Below are positions 7,684-17,877 of a stretch of DNA of 59,287 nucleotides, piece after piece; position 1 is the first letter of the stretch; every line of letters starts with the position of its first letter. The stretch covers positions 31,657 to 90,943 of the forward strand of contig CAZSKS010000002.1 of NCBI GenBank assembly GCA_964607465.1, read 5' to 3'. Under the pieces are notes generated by a model. It did not search any database. It was not told the origin of the DNA and saw only the letters and a list, made by a program, of their open reading frames with translations. This DNA is from an uncultured Gemmatimonadota bacterium (GTDB taxonomy: Bacteria; Gemmatimonadota; Gemmatimonadetes; Palauibacterales; Palauibacteraceae). Both the position numbers and the translations under genes were made by a program.

Positions 7684-8571
7684 GTGAAGGTCATGGACGA
7701 CGACACACCCGCCGGCCCCGCGCGTCACCTCGCCCGCGTCGCTCCCGCCCTCGTGGGGACCCTCCTCCTGCTCGGCCCCGGCCCGGCGACCGGCCAGCAC
7801 GCTGCCGGCCAGCAGGCGGGGGGCGACCCGTGCGCCTCCGACGCCCCCTGGCCCTTCCCGCCGCCGGCCGTCTCGCCCCTGGAGCCCCGCACCCGGCTGT
7901 CGCCCGTGCACGTCAGCCGCGGCGAACGGAGCCGCTGGGTGGGCCTCGTCGACCTCGGCGATCGCTTCCCGTTCTGGCTGGTCGACCCCGGCGGGGGCGC
8001 CTCCCCGGCCCTCGCCGCCTCTGTGGCCGGCGGAGCCTTCTCCCGCTTCGACCTGGAGTCCAGCCAGAACGACTTCATCGAGGTCCACTACCGGGTCGGC
8101 CTCCGGCTCCTGGCCCGCCTGGGCGGCCTGGACGCCCGGCTCGAGCTCTTCCACGTCAGCTCCCACCTGGGCGACGAGTTCCTCCAGCGGACCGGCCGGG
8201 AGCCGGTCTCCACCAGCCGGGAGGGCCTGGAGCTGCTGCTGGCCGGCCGGCCGGCGGACGGGCTGCGGATCTACGGCGGGCCCGGCCTCCTCGTCCGGAG
8301 CTCCCGGGGCTTCGAGGCCGCCTCGCTCCGCGGCGGCCTGGAGTGGGATCCGGCGGTCCGCTGGGGGCCGTTCCGTCCCTACGTGGGGATCGCCGCCTTC
8401 GCCTGGGAGGAGCTCTCGTGGGAGCCGACGGCCGCCGCCGAGGCCGGCCTACGCTTCGGGAACGGGCGCTACCGCCTGGCCCTGACCGCCGGCGCCGGGC
8501 GCTCGCGGGCGGAGCAGTTCCTCCGGGAGGACGAGACCCTGGTGGGGATCACCCTCAGCGCCGACTTCTGA
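7684..8571 (+). CDS. DUF1207-like exported/outer-membrane protein
   Basis: Signal-like N-terminus, HVSSHLGDEF motif recalled from DUF1207, amphipathic beta strands, terminal Phe; start uncertain. Confidence 0.6.
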   Translation: MKVMDDDTPAGPARHLARVAPALVGTLLLLGPGPATGQHAAGQQAGGDPCASDAPWPFPPPAVSPLEPRTRLSPVHVSRGERSRWVGLVDLGDRFPFWLVDPGGGASPALAASVAGGAFSRFDLESSQNDFIEVHYRVGLRLLARLGGLDARLELFHVSSHLGDEFLQRTGREPVSTSREGLELLLAGRPADGLRIYGGPGLLVRSSRGFEAASLRGGLEWDPAVRWGPFRPYVGIAAFAWEELSWEPTAAAEAGLRFGNGRYRLALTAGAGRSRAEQFLREDETLVGITLSADF

Positions 8572-8684
8572 CCGCCCCGGGCGGGCCGCTCCGCCGGGCC
8601 GTCGGCGGACCGTCGGGAGGCGGGGGGCAGGGCGCGGCGGGCTCCGGTCGCACGCGGGCGGCGCCTCCCGCCCGCCGGGGAGCT

Positions 8685-10517
8685 TCAGTCGTCGTCGCTC
8701 CCCGGCATCTTCCCCTCGGCCTGGGCCTTCTGGCGCTCCTTCGACAGGTACCACTGCTGGGGCAGCGAGGCCAGGTTGCTGGTGGCGTAGTAGAGGTTGA
8801 GCCCCGCGGGGAAGCGGAGGAAGACGACGAACATGATCACCGGCATGCCGTAGCTCAGCAGCTTCATCTGGGTGTTCCGCTCCATCCCCCGTTGACCGAT
8901 CCACTGCATGAGGAACATCGAGACGCCCATCACCAGCGGCGTGGCGTAGATCGGGTCGTGGAGCGAGAGGTCGGGGATCCACAGGAACGGGACGCCCCGG
9001 AACTCGATGGTGCTCTGGAAGACGAAGAAGAGCGTGATGAGGATGGGGAAGGGCAGGAGCATCGGGAGGCACCCGGCCAGCGGGTTGATGTTGTGCTCCT
9101 TGTACAGCCGGATCATCTCCTGCTGCAGCTTCTGGGGCTCGTCCTCGTACTTCTCCTGCAGCTCCTTGATGCGGGGCTGCACCTGCATCTGGGCCATCTG
9201 GGCCCGCATGGACTTCTGATAGAGGGGGAAGAGGACGACCCGCATCAGGACGCCGAAGAGGATCAGCACCCACCCGTACGCCAGGCTGAAGGTGGTGTGC
9301 AGCCAGGTGAGGGCGGTGAGGATGAGGTCGGCCAGGGGCCGGATGATGAAGCGGAGCCAGTCGTAGCCGATGGGGTTCACGCTCTGGAGCTCCTGCCCCA
9401 CCGCCTGCAGCCGCTCGTGCTCCTGGGGGCCCATGTAGGCCCGGAACCGGAAGCCCTCGCTCCCCGCCGGCACCGGCAGCGCCGCCGTCAGCTCCGCCGC
9501 GTGCTCCGCCTCCACGCCCTCGGCGATGAGCCCTCCGAACCCGCTGGCCTCCGGCGGCGCCACGTAGGCGGCCAGGAAGTACTTGTTCTTCACCGCCACC
9601 CACCGGAAGGGGCCGCCCTCGGCCGCCACGCGCTCGCCCGGCTCGATGTCGTCCAGCTTCCGGGTGTGGACGTCGCCGCCGCCCTGGTTCACGGCGAAGG
9701 CGAGCTGGTCGAAGTCCTCGTCGGGGTTCGCCTCGTTGGTCTTCAGCCCCCGCCCCAGGGAGGAGAGCACCGTGTAGCCCCGGCTCCCGATCCCTTCGAA
9801 GGCCCCCTCCACGTCCACGACGTAGCTGTCCGCGTGGAAGCGGTAGGTGACCCGGAAGGTGAGCCCCGGGTTCGACGGCAGGGGATAGCGGAAGGTGAGC
9901 TCGCCGGCGTCGTCCCCGTCGGCCAGCGCCAGGTCGCCGTCTCCTTCCACCTGGAAGCTCCGCCGTCGGAGGTCCAGCGTGTCGCGGCCGTCGGTGACGC
10001 GCCACCCCAGGAGCCGGTCGCCGGGCCGGACCAGCTGTGCCTGCTGGTCCTGCTCGTCCTCGGCGTAGGACCGGTAGCTCGCCAGCCGGACGCCCGTCAC
10101 GGTGGCGCCCCGGGTGGAGAGGGTCATCTCGTAGAACGGCGTCCGCACGCGCAGGGTGTCGCCGGCCTCCGTCGTGTCGGGCCCGGCGAAGAGCCCGCCC
10201 TGCTGCCCGGCCTCCTGTCCGGCAGCGCCGGTGTCCTCCGCGGCCTGCCGTCCGGCGTCCTCCCCTCCGGGCAGCCCCTCGGCCGCCTCTTCCCCGGGCG
10301 TCGGCTCCTGCCCGGGGCGGCCCTCCGTCGCGTCCGCCCGCTCCTCTCCCGACCGGTCCGGGTCGGCGGCCTCCGCCACCGGCGAGTCGGCCACGGCCGC
10401 GGCGGTGTCGCCCGCCCCCTGGCCGGCCCGCTGGGGTGGCGCCGGGGGAAAGAGGAGCTGCGTCAGGACGATGACGGCGATCATGAGGACGATCGCCAGG
10501 AGGACTCGTCGTTCCAT
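8685..10517 (-). CDS. yidC: Membrane protein insertase YidC
   Basis: INPLAGCLPMLL, FLWIPDLS, GLNLYY; position next to yidD and rnpA. Confidence 0.96.
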   Translation of the reverse strand: MERRVLLAIVLMIAVIVLTQLLFPPAPPQRAGQGAGDTAAAVADSPVAEAADPDRSGEERADATEGRPGQEPTPGEEAAEGLPGGEDAGRQAAEDTGAAGQEAGQQGGLFAGPDTTEAGDTLRVRTPFYEMTLSTRGATVTGVRLASYRSYAEDEQDQQAQLVRPGDRLLGWRVTDGRDTLDLRRRSFQVEGDGDLALADGDDAGELTFRYPLPSNPGLTFRVTYRFHADSYVVDVEGAFEGIGSRGYTVLSSLGRGLKTNEANPDEDFDQLAFAVNQGGGDVHTRKLDDIEPGERVAAEGGPFRWVAVKNKYFLAAYVAPPEASGFGGLIAEGVEAEHAAELTAALPVPAGSEGFRFRAYMGPQEHERLQAVGQELQSVNPIGYDWLRFIIRPLADLILTALTWLHTTFSLAYGWVLILFGVLMRVVLFPLYQKSMRAQMAQMQVQPRIKELQEKYEDEPQKLQQEMIRLYKEHNINPLAGCLPMLLPFPILITLFFVFQSTIEFRGVPFLWIPDLSLHDPIYATPLVMGVSMFLMQWIGQRGMERNTQMKLLSYGMPVIMFVVFLRFPAGLNLYYATSNLASLPQQWYLSKERQKAQAEGKMPGSDDD

Positions 10518-10790
10518 CTAGCTGCCGTGCGTCTCCGTTCTCTCGTGCGCTGCGTCGTCTCCGTCGTCCGGTTCCGCCGGCGGCACCGGATCGTAGCCGC
10601 GTCCCCCGAAGGGGTGACACCGGAAGATCCGGCGGACCGCGAGCCAGCTCCCCCTGGCCGCGCCGAAGCGGCGGATCGCGGTCACGGCGTACTCCGAGCA
10701 GGTGGGCGTGTAGCGGCAGGCGGCAGGAAGCAGCGGCGCGATACCGGCCTGGTAGAGCCGGATCAGGCCGATGACGACGCGCCGTCCCAC
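10518..10790 (-). CDS. yidD: Membrane protein insertion efficiency factor YidD
   Basis: [11 protein letters not shown]...[17 protein letters not shown]; GTG at 10790. Confidence 0.93.
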   Translation of the reverse strand: MGRRVVIGLIRLYQAGIAPLLPAACRYTPTCSEYAVTAIRRFGAARGSWLAVRRIFRCHPFGGRGYDPVPPAEPDDGDDAAHERTETHGS

Positions 10791-11155
10791 GGAAGGTCCT
10801 CGAGTCCGGTGCTCAGCGACGCCCGGAGCTCCTCGAAGGTGGCGCCGTAGGCCTCCGGCCGCGCCCGGACCACCACGTCCAGCCGGAGGTCCTCCTCCAG
10901 GGCGCCGGGCAGCCAGTCCCGCCGGGCGATCTCCCGGAGCCGCCGCTGGAGCCGGTTGCGGTCGACGATCGCATGCCCGTGGCGGGGCACGACGAAGGCC
11001 ACCCGGGGCCGGGCGGCCGGGGAGGGCCGGACGAAGAGCTCCAGCGGTCCGCTCCGGCGTCGGCGTCCCTCCCGGAAGGCGGCCCGGATGTCCCGGGTGC
11101 TCCGGATGCGGGCCGACCGCGGGAAGCGCTGGCCGGTCGCGTCCGGGCTCGCCAC
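10763..11155 (-). CDS. rnpA: Ribonuclease P protein component
   Basis: [15 protein letters not shown] (RNR motif); canonical synteny. Confidence 0.92.
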   Translation of the reverse strand: MASPDATGQRFPRSARIRSTRDIRAAFREGRRRRSGPLELFVRPSPAARPRVAFVVPRHGHAIVDRNRLQRRLREIARRDWLPGALEEDLRLDVVVRARPEAYGATFEELRASLSTGLEDLPWDGASSSA

Positions 11156-11170
11156 CCGGGGGCCCTCCCC

Positions 11171-11332
11171 CTACCGGCGCTTGCGGCCGCTGCGGTCGTG
11201 GCTGACGGTGAGGCGCCTTCGTCCCTTGCGCCGCCGTCGGGCCAGCAGCTTGCGGCCGGCCCTGGTCTTCATCCGCGCCCGGAAGCCGTGGTCCTTCACG
11301 CGCTTCCGGTTGCTGGTGGTTCCCTTCCCCAT
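11171..11332 (-). CDS. rpmH: 50S ribosomal protein L34 (absent from the ORF track, 53 aa)
   Basis: Manual translation [53 protein letters not shown]. Confidence 0.95.
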   Translation of the reverse strand: MGKGTTSNRKRVKDHGFRARMKTRAGRKLLARRRRKGRRRLTVSHDRSGRKRR

Positions 11333-11405
11333 GTTCGTCGCGTCCGTTCCGGCGGCCTGAGGCCACCCGTGGGTCCTGTCTCGGTCTCCGTCCGGCGAGC
11401 CCGCA

Positions 11406-11435
11406 AGTATAGGCGCGACGCAGCGAGGGTGTCAA
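11406..11435 (-). promoter_or_regulatory. sigma70-type promoter for the rpmH operon
   Basis: TTGACA-N18-TATACT on minus strand. Confidence 0.75.
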
Positions 11436-11458
11436 ACCGGCATCCCGGGAGCCTCGCG

Positions 11459-11511
11459 TGTGGAAAACCGGTCAGGCCTCGTTGACATCGTCGACGAGCC
11501 GCCGCTACGTT
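11459..11511 (+). promoter_or_regulatory. dnaA promoter with upstream DnaA box
   Basis: TGTGGAAAA (=TTTTCCACA) at 11459-11467; TTGACA(11482)-N18-TACGTT(11506). Confidence 0.7.
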
Positions 11512-11573
11512 GGTCGGCCCCGTCGCCCCGACCCCCCGGTCCGGCGAATCCTTCGACCCGCCGACCACGCCGC

Positions 11574-12962
11574 ATGGAGCTGACCGCCGACGAAGTCTGG
11601 AGCCGCATCACCGAAGCCGCCCGCGAGGTGCTGCCGGAGCAGACGTTCCGCACGTGGCTCTCCTCCACCGAGGCGGTCACCCTCTCCGACGAGACCCTGG
11701 TGGTGGGCGCTCCCACCAAGTTCGCCGTGGAGTGGATCGAGGATAAGTACGGCGACCTCCTCCGGGAGCTGGCGGAGCGCCAGATCGGCCGGTCCCTGGA
11801 GCTGAGCTTCGAGCACCAGGGGAACGCCGGCCGCCTCGACTTCCCCGAGATCCGCACCGGGGACGAGGAGCAGGAGAGCGAGGCCGGGACGGAGTCGGCG
11901 GGGGAGCCGCCCAGGGCCGACGCCGGTCGGGCGGAGAGCGCCGGCCTAAACGAGCGCTACACCTTCGAGCGCTTCGTCATCGGGGGCAACAACCAGCTGG
12001 CCGCGGCCGCCTGCCAGCGGGTGGCCGACGCCCCCGCCAAGGCCTACAACCCCCTCTTCATCTACGGAGACACCGGCCTCGGCAAGACGCACCTCATGCA
12101 CGCCATCGGCCACGCGATCCTGGACAGCCTGCCCGACCGCCGGGTCGCGTACATCCCCTCCGAGCAGTTCACCAACGAGATGATCACGGCCATCCAGAGC
12201 GGTCGCACCGCCGAGTTCCGGCAGCGGTACCGCAAGATCGACGTCCTGCTGGTCGACGACGTCCACTTCCTCGGGAACAAGGAGGGGACGCAGGAGGAGT
12301 TCTTCCACACCTTCAACTCGCTCTACGACGCGCAGAAGCAGATCGTCATCACCAGCGATCGTCCCCCCCAGGAGATCCCGGGCCTGCAGGAGCGGCTCGT
12401 CTCCCGCTTCGAATGGGGGCTGGTCACCGACATCAAGCCGCCGGACTTCGAGACGCGCGTGGCGATCCTCCAGAAGAAGGCCGCCGAGGACCGGCTGGTG
12501 ATCGGCGATGAAGTCCTGGAGTTCATCGCCCGGAACCGCAGGACGTCGGTGCGCCAGCTCGAGGGCGCCGTCATCAAGCTGCTGGCCTACAGCTCGCTCA
12601 CCCGGCGGGAGATCACCCTCGAGCTGGCCCGGGAGGCGCTGGGCCCCGAGGCCGAGGAGGAGGCGGAGGAGGAGAAGCGGACCTCGCCGGAGGAGATCCG
12701 CCGCCGCACCGCCCAGGCGTGGGAGGTGACCGTCGACGGCCTCACGTCCAAGCGCCGCACGAAGAACCTGACCGTTCCCCGTCAGGTGGCGATGTACCTC
12801 ATCAAGACGACCCTCGACCTCCCCTACACCGAGATCGGCGACCTCTTCGGGGGCCGCGACCACTCCACCGTGATCCACTCCGTCAACAAGGTCGAGGCGG
12901 AGATGGCCAACGACGCCGACTTCCGGGAGCGCGTCCAGTCCCTCAGGGACGAGATCACGTGA
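11574..12962 (+). CDS. dnaA: Chromosomal replication initiator DnaA
   Basis: YNPLFIYGDTGLGKTHL, LLVDDV, GGRDHSTVIHS; ATG at 11574. Confidence 0.98.
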   Translation: MELTADEVWSRITEAAREVLPEQTFRTWLSSTEAVTLSDETLVVGAPTKFAVEWIEDKYGDLLRELAERQIGRSLELSFEHQGNAGRLDFPEIRTGDEEQESEAGTESAGEPPRADAGRAESAGLNERYTFERFVIGGNNQLAAAACQRVADAPAKAYNPLFIYGDTGLGKTHLMHAIGHAILDSLPDRRVAYIPSEQFTNEMITAIQSGRTAEFRQRYRKIDVLLVDDVHFLGNKEGTQEEFFHTFNSLYDAQKQIVITSDRPPQEIPGLQERLVSRFEWGLVTDIKPPDFETRVAILQKKAAEDRLVIGDEVLEFIARNRRTSVRQLEGAVIKLLAYSSLTRREITLELAREALGPEAEEEAEEEKRTSPEEIRRRTAQAWEVTVDGLTSKRRTKNLTVPRQVAMYLIKTTLDLPYTEIGDLFGGRDHSTVIHSVNKVEAEMANDADFRERVQSLRDEIT

Positions 12963-13294
12963 TGTCGAACCCGCCCGGGGAAAATCCCGTGGAGAACCGT
13001 GGCGCCCCTCGTGGAAACGCGCGGGCCGTCCACTCCGCTCCGGCAGGCCCGCTCCCCGCCGTGGAGAACGGCTCCCCTTTTCCCCGGGGATCCACACGCC
13101 CGCGGTCCCGGCACACCCCGCTCCGTCCCGGGACGATCCGCCGGGCCGCGCCCGGTTCTCCACGTCTCCACCACGCCTACTACTACTGCGAGGTTTTGTA
13201 TATCATGTCCGAAACAGAAGAACGCCGTGGAAAGACTCCCAGCCGGCCCGCTCGAATCGCCGCCGCCGGCACAGCCGAGACAGCGAGGAGCTAG
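12963..13294. other. Replication origin oriC
   Basis: dnaA-dnaN intergenic; repeated TTCTCCACG/TTTCCACG boxes, then GCC-TACTACTACT DnaA-trios (13175-13187) and AT-rich TTTTGTATATCAT. Confidence 0.85.
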
Positions 13295-14398
13295 ATGAAG
13301 CTTTCCATCACCAGGGAGAAGCTGCAGGACGGCCTCGGGGCGGTCTCGGCGACGATCCCCAGCAAGACCACCCTGCCCGTCCTCTCCAACATCCTGATCC
13401 GTGCCGACGCGGACCGCCTGGAGCTCAGCGGCACCGACCTCGACATCTCCGTCTCCATGTCGGTTCCCGCGGAGGTGGACGAGGATGGGGCGGTCACCGT
13501 TCCCGCTAAGAAGCTGTCCGACATCGCCCGGGAGCTCGAGGACGCCCCCGTGCACCTGGCGGCCGACGGCGACCAGATCCGGCTGGAGTGCGGCAAGAGC
13601 CGCTTCAAGCTGTTCGGGCTGGCCGAGGACGAGTTCCCCTCCTTCCCGGAGGTGGACTTCTCGGCCAGCTGGCACGTGGCGGCCGGCGACCTGCAGCGCC
13701 TTATCGGTCACACGGCGTTCGCCGCCTCCACCGAGGAGAGCCGCCCGATCCTGAACGGGGTCCTGTGGCAGCTGCGATCCGACCACAGCACGATGGTCGC
13801 CACCAACGGCCACCGGCTGGCCAAGATGACCGTCCCGCTGGAGGAGACGGACGCACCCGAGGCGGATCTCATCGTCCCGCCGAAGGCGCTGCAGCAGGTC
13901 GACCGCCTCTTCGAGGAGGGGGAGCCCCTGGAGGTGGCACGCTCGGAGAACCACCTGGCCTTCCGATCAGAGGACAGGGTGGTGTACACCCGGCTGATCG
14001 AGGGGCCCTACCCCAACTACGAGCAGGTCATCCCCTCGGACAACGACAAGGAGGCGGTGGGGAGCCGGGAGGCTCTGGAGCGGGCCATCCGCCGGATGGC
14101 GGTGGTGGCCAGCGATCAGACCCACCGGGTGCGGCTGGTCTTCGGAGAGGACCGGCTGGGCTTCCGGGTGCAGACCCCCGACCTGGGGGAGGCCGAGGAC
14201 GAGATCGCGGTGCACTATGAGCAGGAGGAGATGGAGATCGGCTTCAACGCCAACTACCTGCTGGAGGTACTCCGTTACATGCCCACCCAGGACGTGCGGC
14301 TCACCTTCCAGGCTCCCGAGCGGGCGGCGACCATCGAGCCGGTGGACGAGGAGCTCGACTACCTGTGCCTGGTGATGCCCCTGCGGCTGCTGGACTGA
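13295..14398 (+). CDS. dnaN: DNA polymerase III beta clamp
   Basis: TTLPVLSNI, VATNGHRLA, IGFNANYL, LVMPLRL. Confidence 0.98.
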   Translation: MKLSITREKLQDGLGAVSATIPSKTTLPVLSNILIRADADRLELSGTDLDISVSMSVPAEVDEDGAVTVPAKKLSDIARELEDAPVHLAADGDQIRLECGKSRFKLFGLAEDEFPSFPEVDFSASWHVAAGDLQRLIGHTAFAASTEESRPILNGVLWQLRSDHSTMVATNGHRLAKMTVPLEETDAPEADLIVPPKALQQVDRLFEEGEPLEVARSENHLAFRSEDRVVYTRLIEGPYPNYEQVIPSDNDKEAVGSREALERAIRRMAVVASDQTHRVRLVFGEDRLGFRVQTPDLGEAEDEIAVHYEQEEMEIGFNANYLLEVLRYMPTQDVRLTFQAPERAATIEPVDEELDYLCLVMPLRLLD

Positions 14399-14602
14399 CG
14401 CCGGGCGCGCGGCTTCAGAGCACACCGGATGGAGCGAGGACGGCGGATCCGCCGCGCGAGATCTCCGACGGCTCGCCGCCCGGGCAGGAAGACTCGCCGC
14501 GCGGCTGTCGGTGAGACGTTGCAAGCTCGCGCGGTGGAGTCCGCCGCCCGAGCCGCCGAGAGGCACGTGGCCGAGGGAGCTGTCGCGCGAAGCGGGTAGC
14601 CG

Positions 14603-15022
14603 TCAGCCTCCCGTGTAGTCGGACCACAGGTCGCGGTCCTCGTGGACGCGAACCCGCGCCAGGCGGCAGCCGTCCGGGAGCCGCGGCTCCAGCCGGTCCC
14701 ACACGACCCGGGCGATGTTCTCCGTCGTCGGGACCTGCCGCTCGCCTTCGAAGTCCGGGAGGTCGTTGAGGAAGGCGTGGTCCATAGGATCGTGGACCTC
14801 GTCCGCCAGGAGGGCGTCCAGCTCCCCGAGGTCCACGACCATCCCCGTCTCCGGGTCCACCGGACCCTCGACCGTCACCTCGCACCGGTAGTTGTGGCCG
14901 TGGCCGGGGGCTCGGGCGCATGTTCCGAAGCGCTCGCGGTTCTCGGCCTCGCTCCACTCGGGACGGTGGTAGCGGTGCCCGGCGGCGAACTCGACGGCTC
15001 GGGTCAGGGAGGCTCGGGCCAT
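14603..15022 (-). CDS. 6-pyruvoyl-tetrahydropterin synthase / QueD family
   Basis: AAGHR, FGTC...GHGHNY, DHAFLN, PTTENIA. Confidence 0.9.
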   Translation of the reverse strand: MARASLTRAVEFAAGHRYHRPEWSEAENRERFGTCARAPGHGHNYRCEVTVEGPVDPETGMVVDLGELDALLADEVHDPMDHAFLNDLPDFEGERQVPTTENIARVVWDRLEPRLPDGCRLARVRVHEDRDLWSDYTGG

Positions 15023-15129
15023 GGGGGTCCGGGACGCTCCGGGGCTCGGGTCCGGCGGCTCGACGGCGCGGCCGCCTCGTCGCCATACGCTCTGCACGCA
15101 TCCTATCCCCACGCGAAGGAAAGCGCACC

Positions 15130-17244
15130 ATGGCCGACGGCACCCTGCAGAGCCTGCTGAAGCCGAGCTCGATCGCGGTGATCGGGGCCAGCCGCCAGCC
15201 CGGCACCATCGGGTACGAGCTGCTGGCCAACCTCCTGGAGCACGGCTTCACGGGGACCGTCTATCCGGTCAACCCCAGCGCCCGCTCCGTCCATTCCGTC
15301 CGTGCCCATCCCTCGGTCTCCGACCTGCCGGAGGTGCCGGAGCTGGCGGTGATCGCCGTCCCCAGGGAGCACGTCCTCGGGGTGGTGGAGGAGTGCGGGG
15401 AGCTCGGCGTCCGGGGCGTCGTCGTCATCTCCGCGGGCTTCCGCGAGGTGGGGGGCGAGGGGGTGGAGAGGGAGCGCGAGCTCCTGGAGACGGTCCGCCG
15501 CCACGGGATGCGCATGGTGGGGCCCAACTGCATGGGCATGATCAACACCACCGCGGACACGGCCATGAACGCCACCTTCGCCCCGACGATGCCCCCGCCG
15601 GGGCCCATCGCCTTCATGAGCCAGTCCGGCGCCATGGGGGTGTCGATCCTGGACTACGCCGCCGAGTACGGGTTCGGGATCAGCCAGTTCGTCTCCATGG
15701 GCAACAAGGCCGACGTCTCGGGCAACGACCTGCTCGAATACTGGCGGCGGGACGACGACGTGGGCGTCATCCTCATGTACCTGGAGAACTTCGGGAACCC
15801 GCAGAACTTCAACCGCATCGCCGGCGCCACGACCCGCGAGAAGCCGGTGGTGGCGGTGAAGGCGGGCCGGACCCGCGCCGGCGCCCGGGCGGCGTCCAGC
15901 CACACCGGCGCGCTGGCGGCCATGGACGTCGCCACCGAGGCGCTCTTCGCCCAGTGCGGCGTTCACCGGGCCGACACCGTCGAGGAGCTCTTCGACCTGG
16001 CCATGGCTTTCGGCAACGCGCCGCTGCCGGCGGGTCCCGGCGTGGCCGTCGTCACCAACGCCGGCGGGCCCGGGATCATCATCGCCGACGCCTGCGAGGC
16101 CCGGGGGCTGGACGTCCCCTCCCTCTCCGAGGCCACCCGGAGCCGGCTCCGGGACATCCTGCCCGCCGAGGCCAGCGTCGGGAACCCGGTGGACATGATC
16201 GCCAGCGCCGACGCCGAGGACTACCGGGGTGCGCTGGAGGGCGTGCTGGCCGACGACGCGGTGCATTCGGTGATCGCTGCCTTCGTCCCGCCCCTGGGCA
16301 TCGACGCGGTGGACGTGGCCCGGGCGATCCGCCGGGCGGCTGACGCCTCCGACAAGCCGGTGATGGCCGTGCTCATGGGGCGCAAGGGCCTCCCCCAGGG
16401 GATGGCCGAGCTCCGGGAGGCCGGCGTGCCGGCCTTCATCTTTCCCGAGTCCGCCGCCCGGGCGCTGGGAGCCATGGAGCGGCAGCGACGGTGGCTGGAG
16501 CGCCCCGTCGGCGAGGTCCGTGCCTTCGACGTCGACGCGGAGGCGGCCGGCCGGGTGCTGGACCTGGCGGCCGACGGGGGGCGGCGTCTTCTCACCGTGA
16601 CCGAGTCGCTGGAGGTCCTGGACGCCTACGGGATCCCCACCGCCCCGTACCGGAGCGCGGCGGACGAGGGGGAGGCCGTCGAAGCCGCGCGGGACCTGGG
16701 GTTCCCCGTGGTCCTGAAGGCGGTGGCTCCGGGGCTGAGCCACAAGACCGAAGCGGGCGCGGTCCGGCTGGGCCTGGAGGACGAGGAGGACGTCCGTGCC
16801 GCGTGGCGGGAGATTGCGGAGAGCTCCGAGGCGTGGGAGGACGCCCGCCTGGACGGGATGGTGGTCCAGCGGATGCTCTCCGGCGGCCGGGAGACGATCG
16901 TCGGCATGACGACGGAGCCGAACTTCGGACCTCTGGTCATGTTCGGGCTGGGCGGCATCTACGTCGAGGCGCTGGGGGACGTCACCTTCCGCCTCCAGCC
17001 GGTGAGGGACGTGGACGCCCGGGAGATGGTCCGCTCCATCCGGGGGGCGCCGCTGCTGGAGGGGATGCGCGGGGAGGCGGGGGTGGACCGGGAGCGGCTG
17101 GCGGAGGTCATCCAGCGGATCAGCCAGCTGGTGGGCGACCATCCCCGCATCGCCGAGCTGGACGTGAACCCGTTCCTGGCCTACCCACGGGCCGATCGCT
17201 GCGCCGCGGTGGACGGCCGGATCCTCCTCCACGAGGAGGTGTGA
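15130..17244 (+). CDS. Acetate/acyl-CoA ligase (ADP-forming), alpha-beta fusion
   Basis: CoA-binding SIAVIGAS, GPNCMG, ASSHTGALA phospho-His, C-terminal ATP-grasp (ELDVNP). Confidence 0.9.
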   Translation: MADGTLQSLLKPSSIAVIGASRQPGTIGYELLANLLEHGFTGTVYPVNPSARSVHSVRAHPSVSDLPEVPELAVIAVPREHVLGVVEECGELGVRGVVVISAGFREVGGEGVERERELLETVRRHGMRMVGPNCMGMINTTADTAMNATFAPTMPPPGPIAFMSQSGAMGVSILDYAAEYGFGISQFVSMGNKADVSGNDLLEYWRRDDDVGVILMYLENFGNPQNFNRIAGATTREKPVVAVKAGRTRAGARAASSHTGALAAMDVATEALFAQCGVHRADTVEELFDLAMAFGNAPLPAGPGVAVVTNAGGPGIIIADACEARGLDVPSLSEATRSRLRDILPAEASVGNPVDMIASADAEDYRGALEGVLADDAVHSVIAAFVPPLGIDAVDVARAIRRAADASDKPVMAVLMGRKGLPQGMAELREAGVPAFIFPESAARALGAMERQRRWLERPVGEVRAFDVDAEAAGRVLDLAADGGRRLLTVTESLEVLDAYGIPTAPYRSAADEGEAVEAARDLGFPVVLKAVAPGLSHKTEAGAVRLGLEDEEDVRAAWREIAESSEAWEDARLDGMVVQRMLSGGRETIVGMTTEPNFGPLVMFGLGGIYVEALGDVTFRLQPVRDVDAREMVRSIRGAPLLEGMRGEAGVDRERLAEVIQRISQLVGDHPRIAELDVNPFLAYPRADRCAAVDGRILLHEEV

Positions 17245-17353
17245 GAGCCCGGGGGAGCGGGGGGCGGTATGGCGCAGAAGTTGCGCGTCCCGGAAACCCG
17301 GTCGAACGGGCCTCGACCGGGCCTGCCGAAGCACCATCGTCCGACGGAGCAGC

Positions 17354-17869
17354 ATGGAGACCATACCGGGCCTCACCTCCGATCCGGGGGACGAAGCGCC
17401 AGCGGAGAGATCGGTCCGCCGCCCCTCGCCGGCGCCCGACGGTGACGCCAGTCGCGGCCCCGACGCGGATTCCGCGCCGGACGGCGACGCCGACGGCGCG
17501 ACGGGCGGCGGGAGCATCCTGGTGGCCGACGACAACGAGGACTGCAGGATGGCGCTACGGGCCCTCCTGGAGTCGCTGGGCTACGAGGTCCACGAGGCCG
17601 CCGACGGGGAAGAGGCGGTGGAGGTCGCCCTCCGGGTCCAGCCCGACCTGGTCCTGATGGACATCATGATGCCCGGGGTGGACGGCCTCGAGGCGACCCG
17701 GCGCCTCCGATCGGATTCCGAGCTGGACGACACCCGCATCGTCGCCGTGAGCGCGATGGAGGGGGCCTGCCAGGCCAGCCGCTCCGCCGGCTGCGACGAC
17801 TGCATCCTGAAGCCCATCGACCTGGGCGGCCTCGACGACCTCGTGGCCGGCTGGCTCTCGGACGGCTAG
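17354..17869 (+). CDS. Single-domain response regulator (receiver)
   Basis: ILVADD, DLVLMDIMMPGVDG, KPID; low-complexity N-terminal extension. Confidence 0.9.
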   Translation: METIPGLTSDPGDEAPAERSVRRPSPAPDGDASRGPDADSAPDGDADGATGGGSILVADDNEDCRMALRALLESLGYEVHEAADGEEAVEVALRVQPDLVLMDIMMPGVDGLEATRRLRSDSELDDTRIVAVSAMEGACQASRSAGCDDCILKPIDLGGLDDLVAGWLSDG

Positions 17870-17877
17870 AGGGTCCC

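Noticed and set aside
12719-13298. ORFs spanning the dnaA-dnaN spacer
   Set aside because: Better explained as oriC; translations are uninformative.
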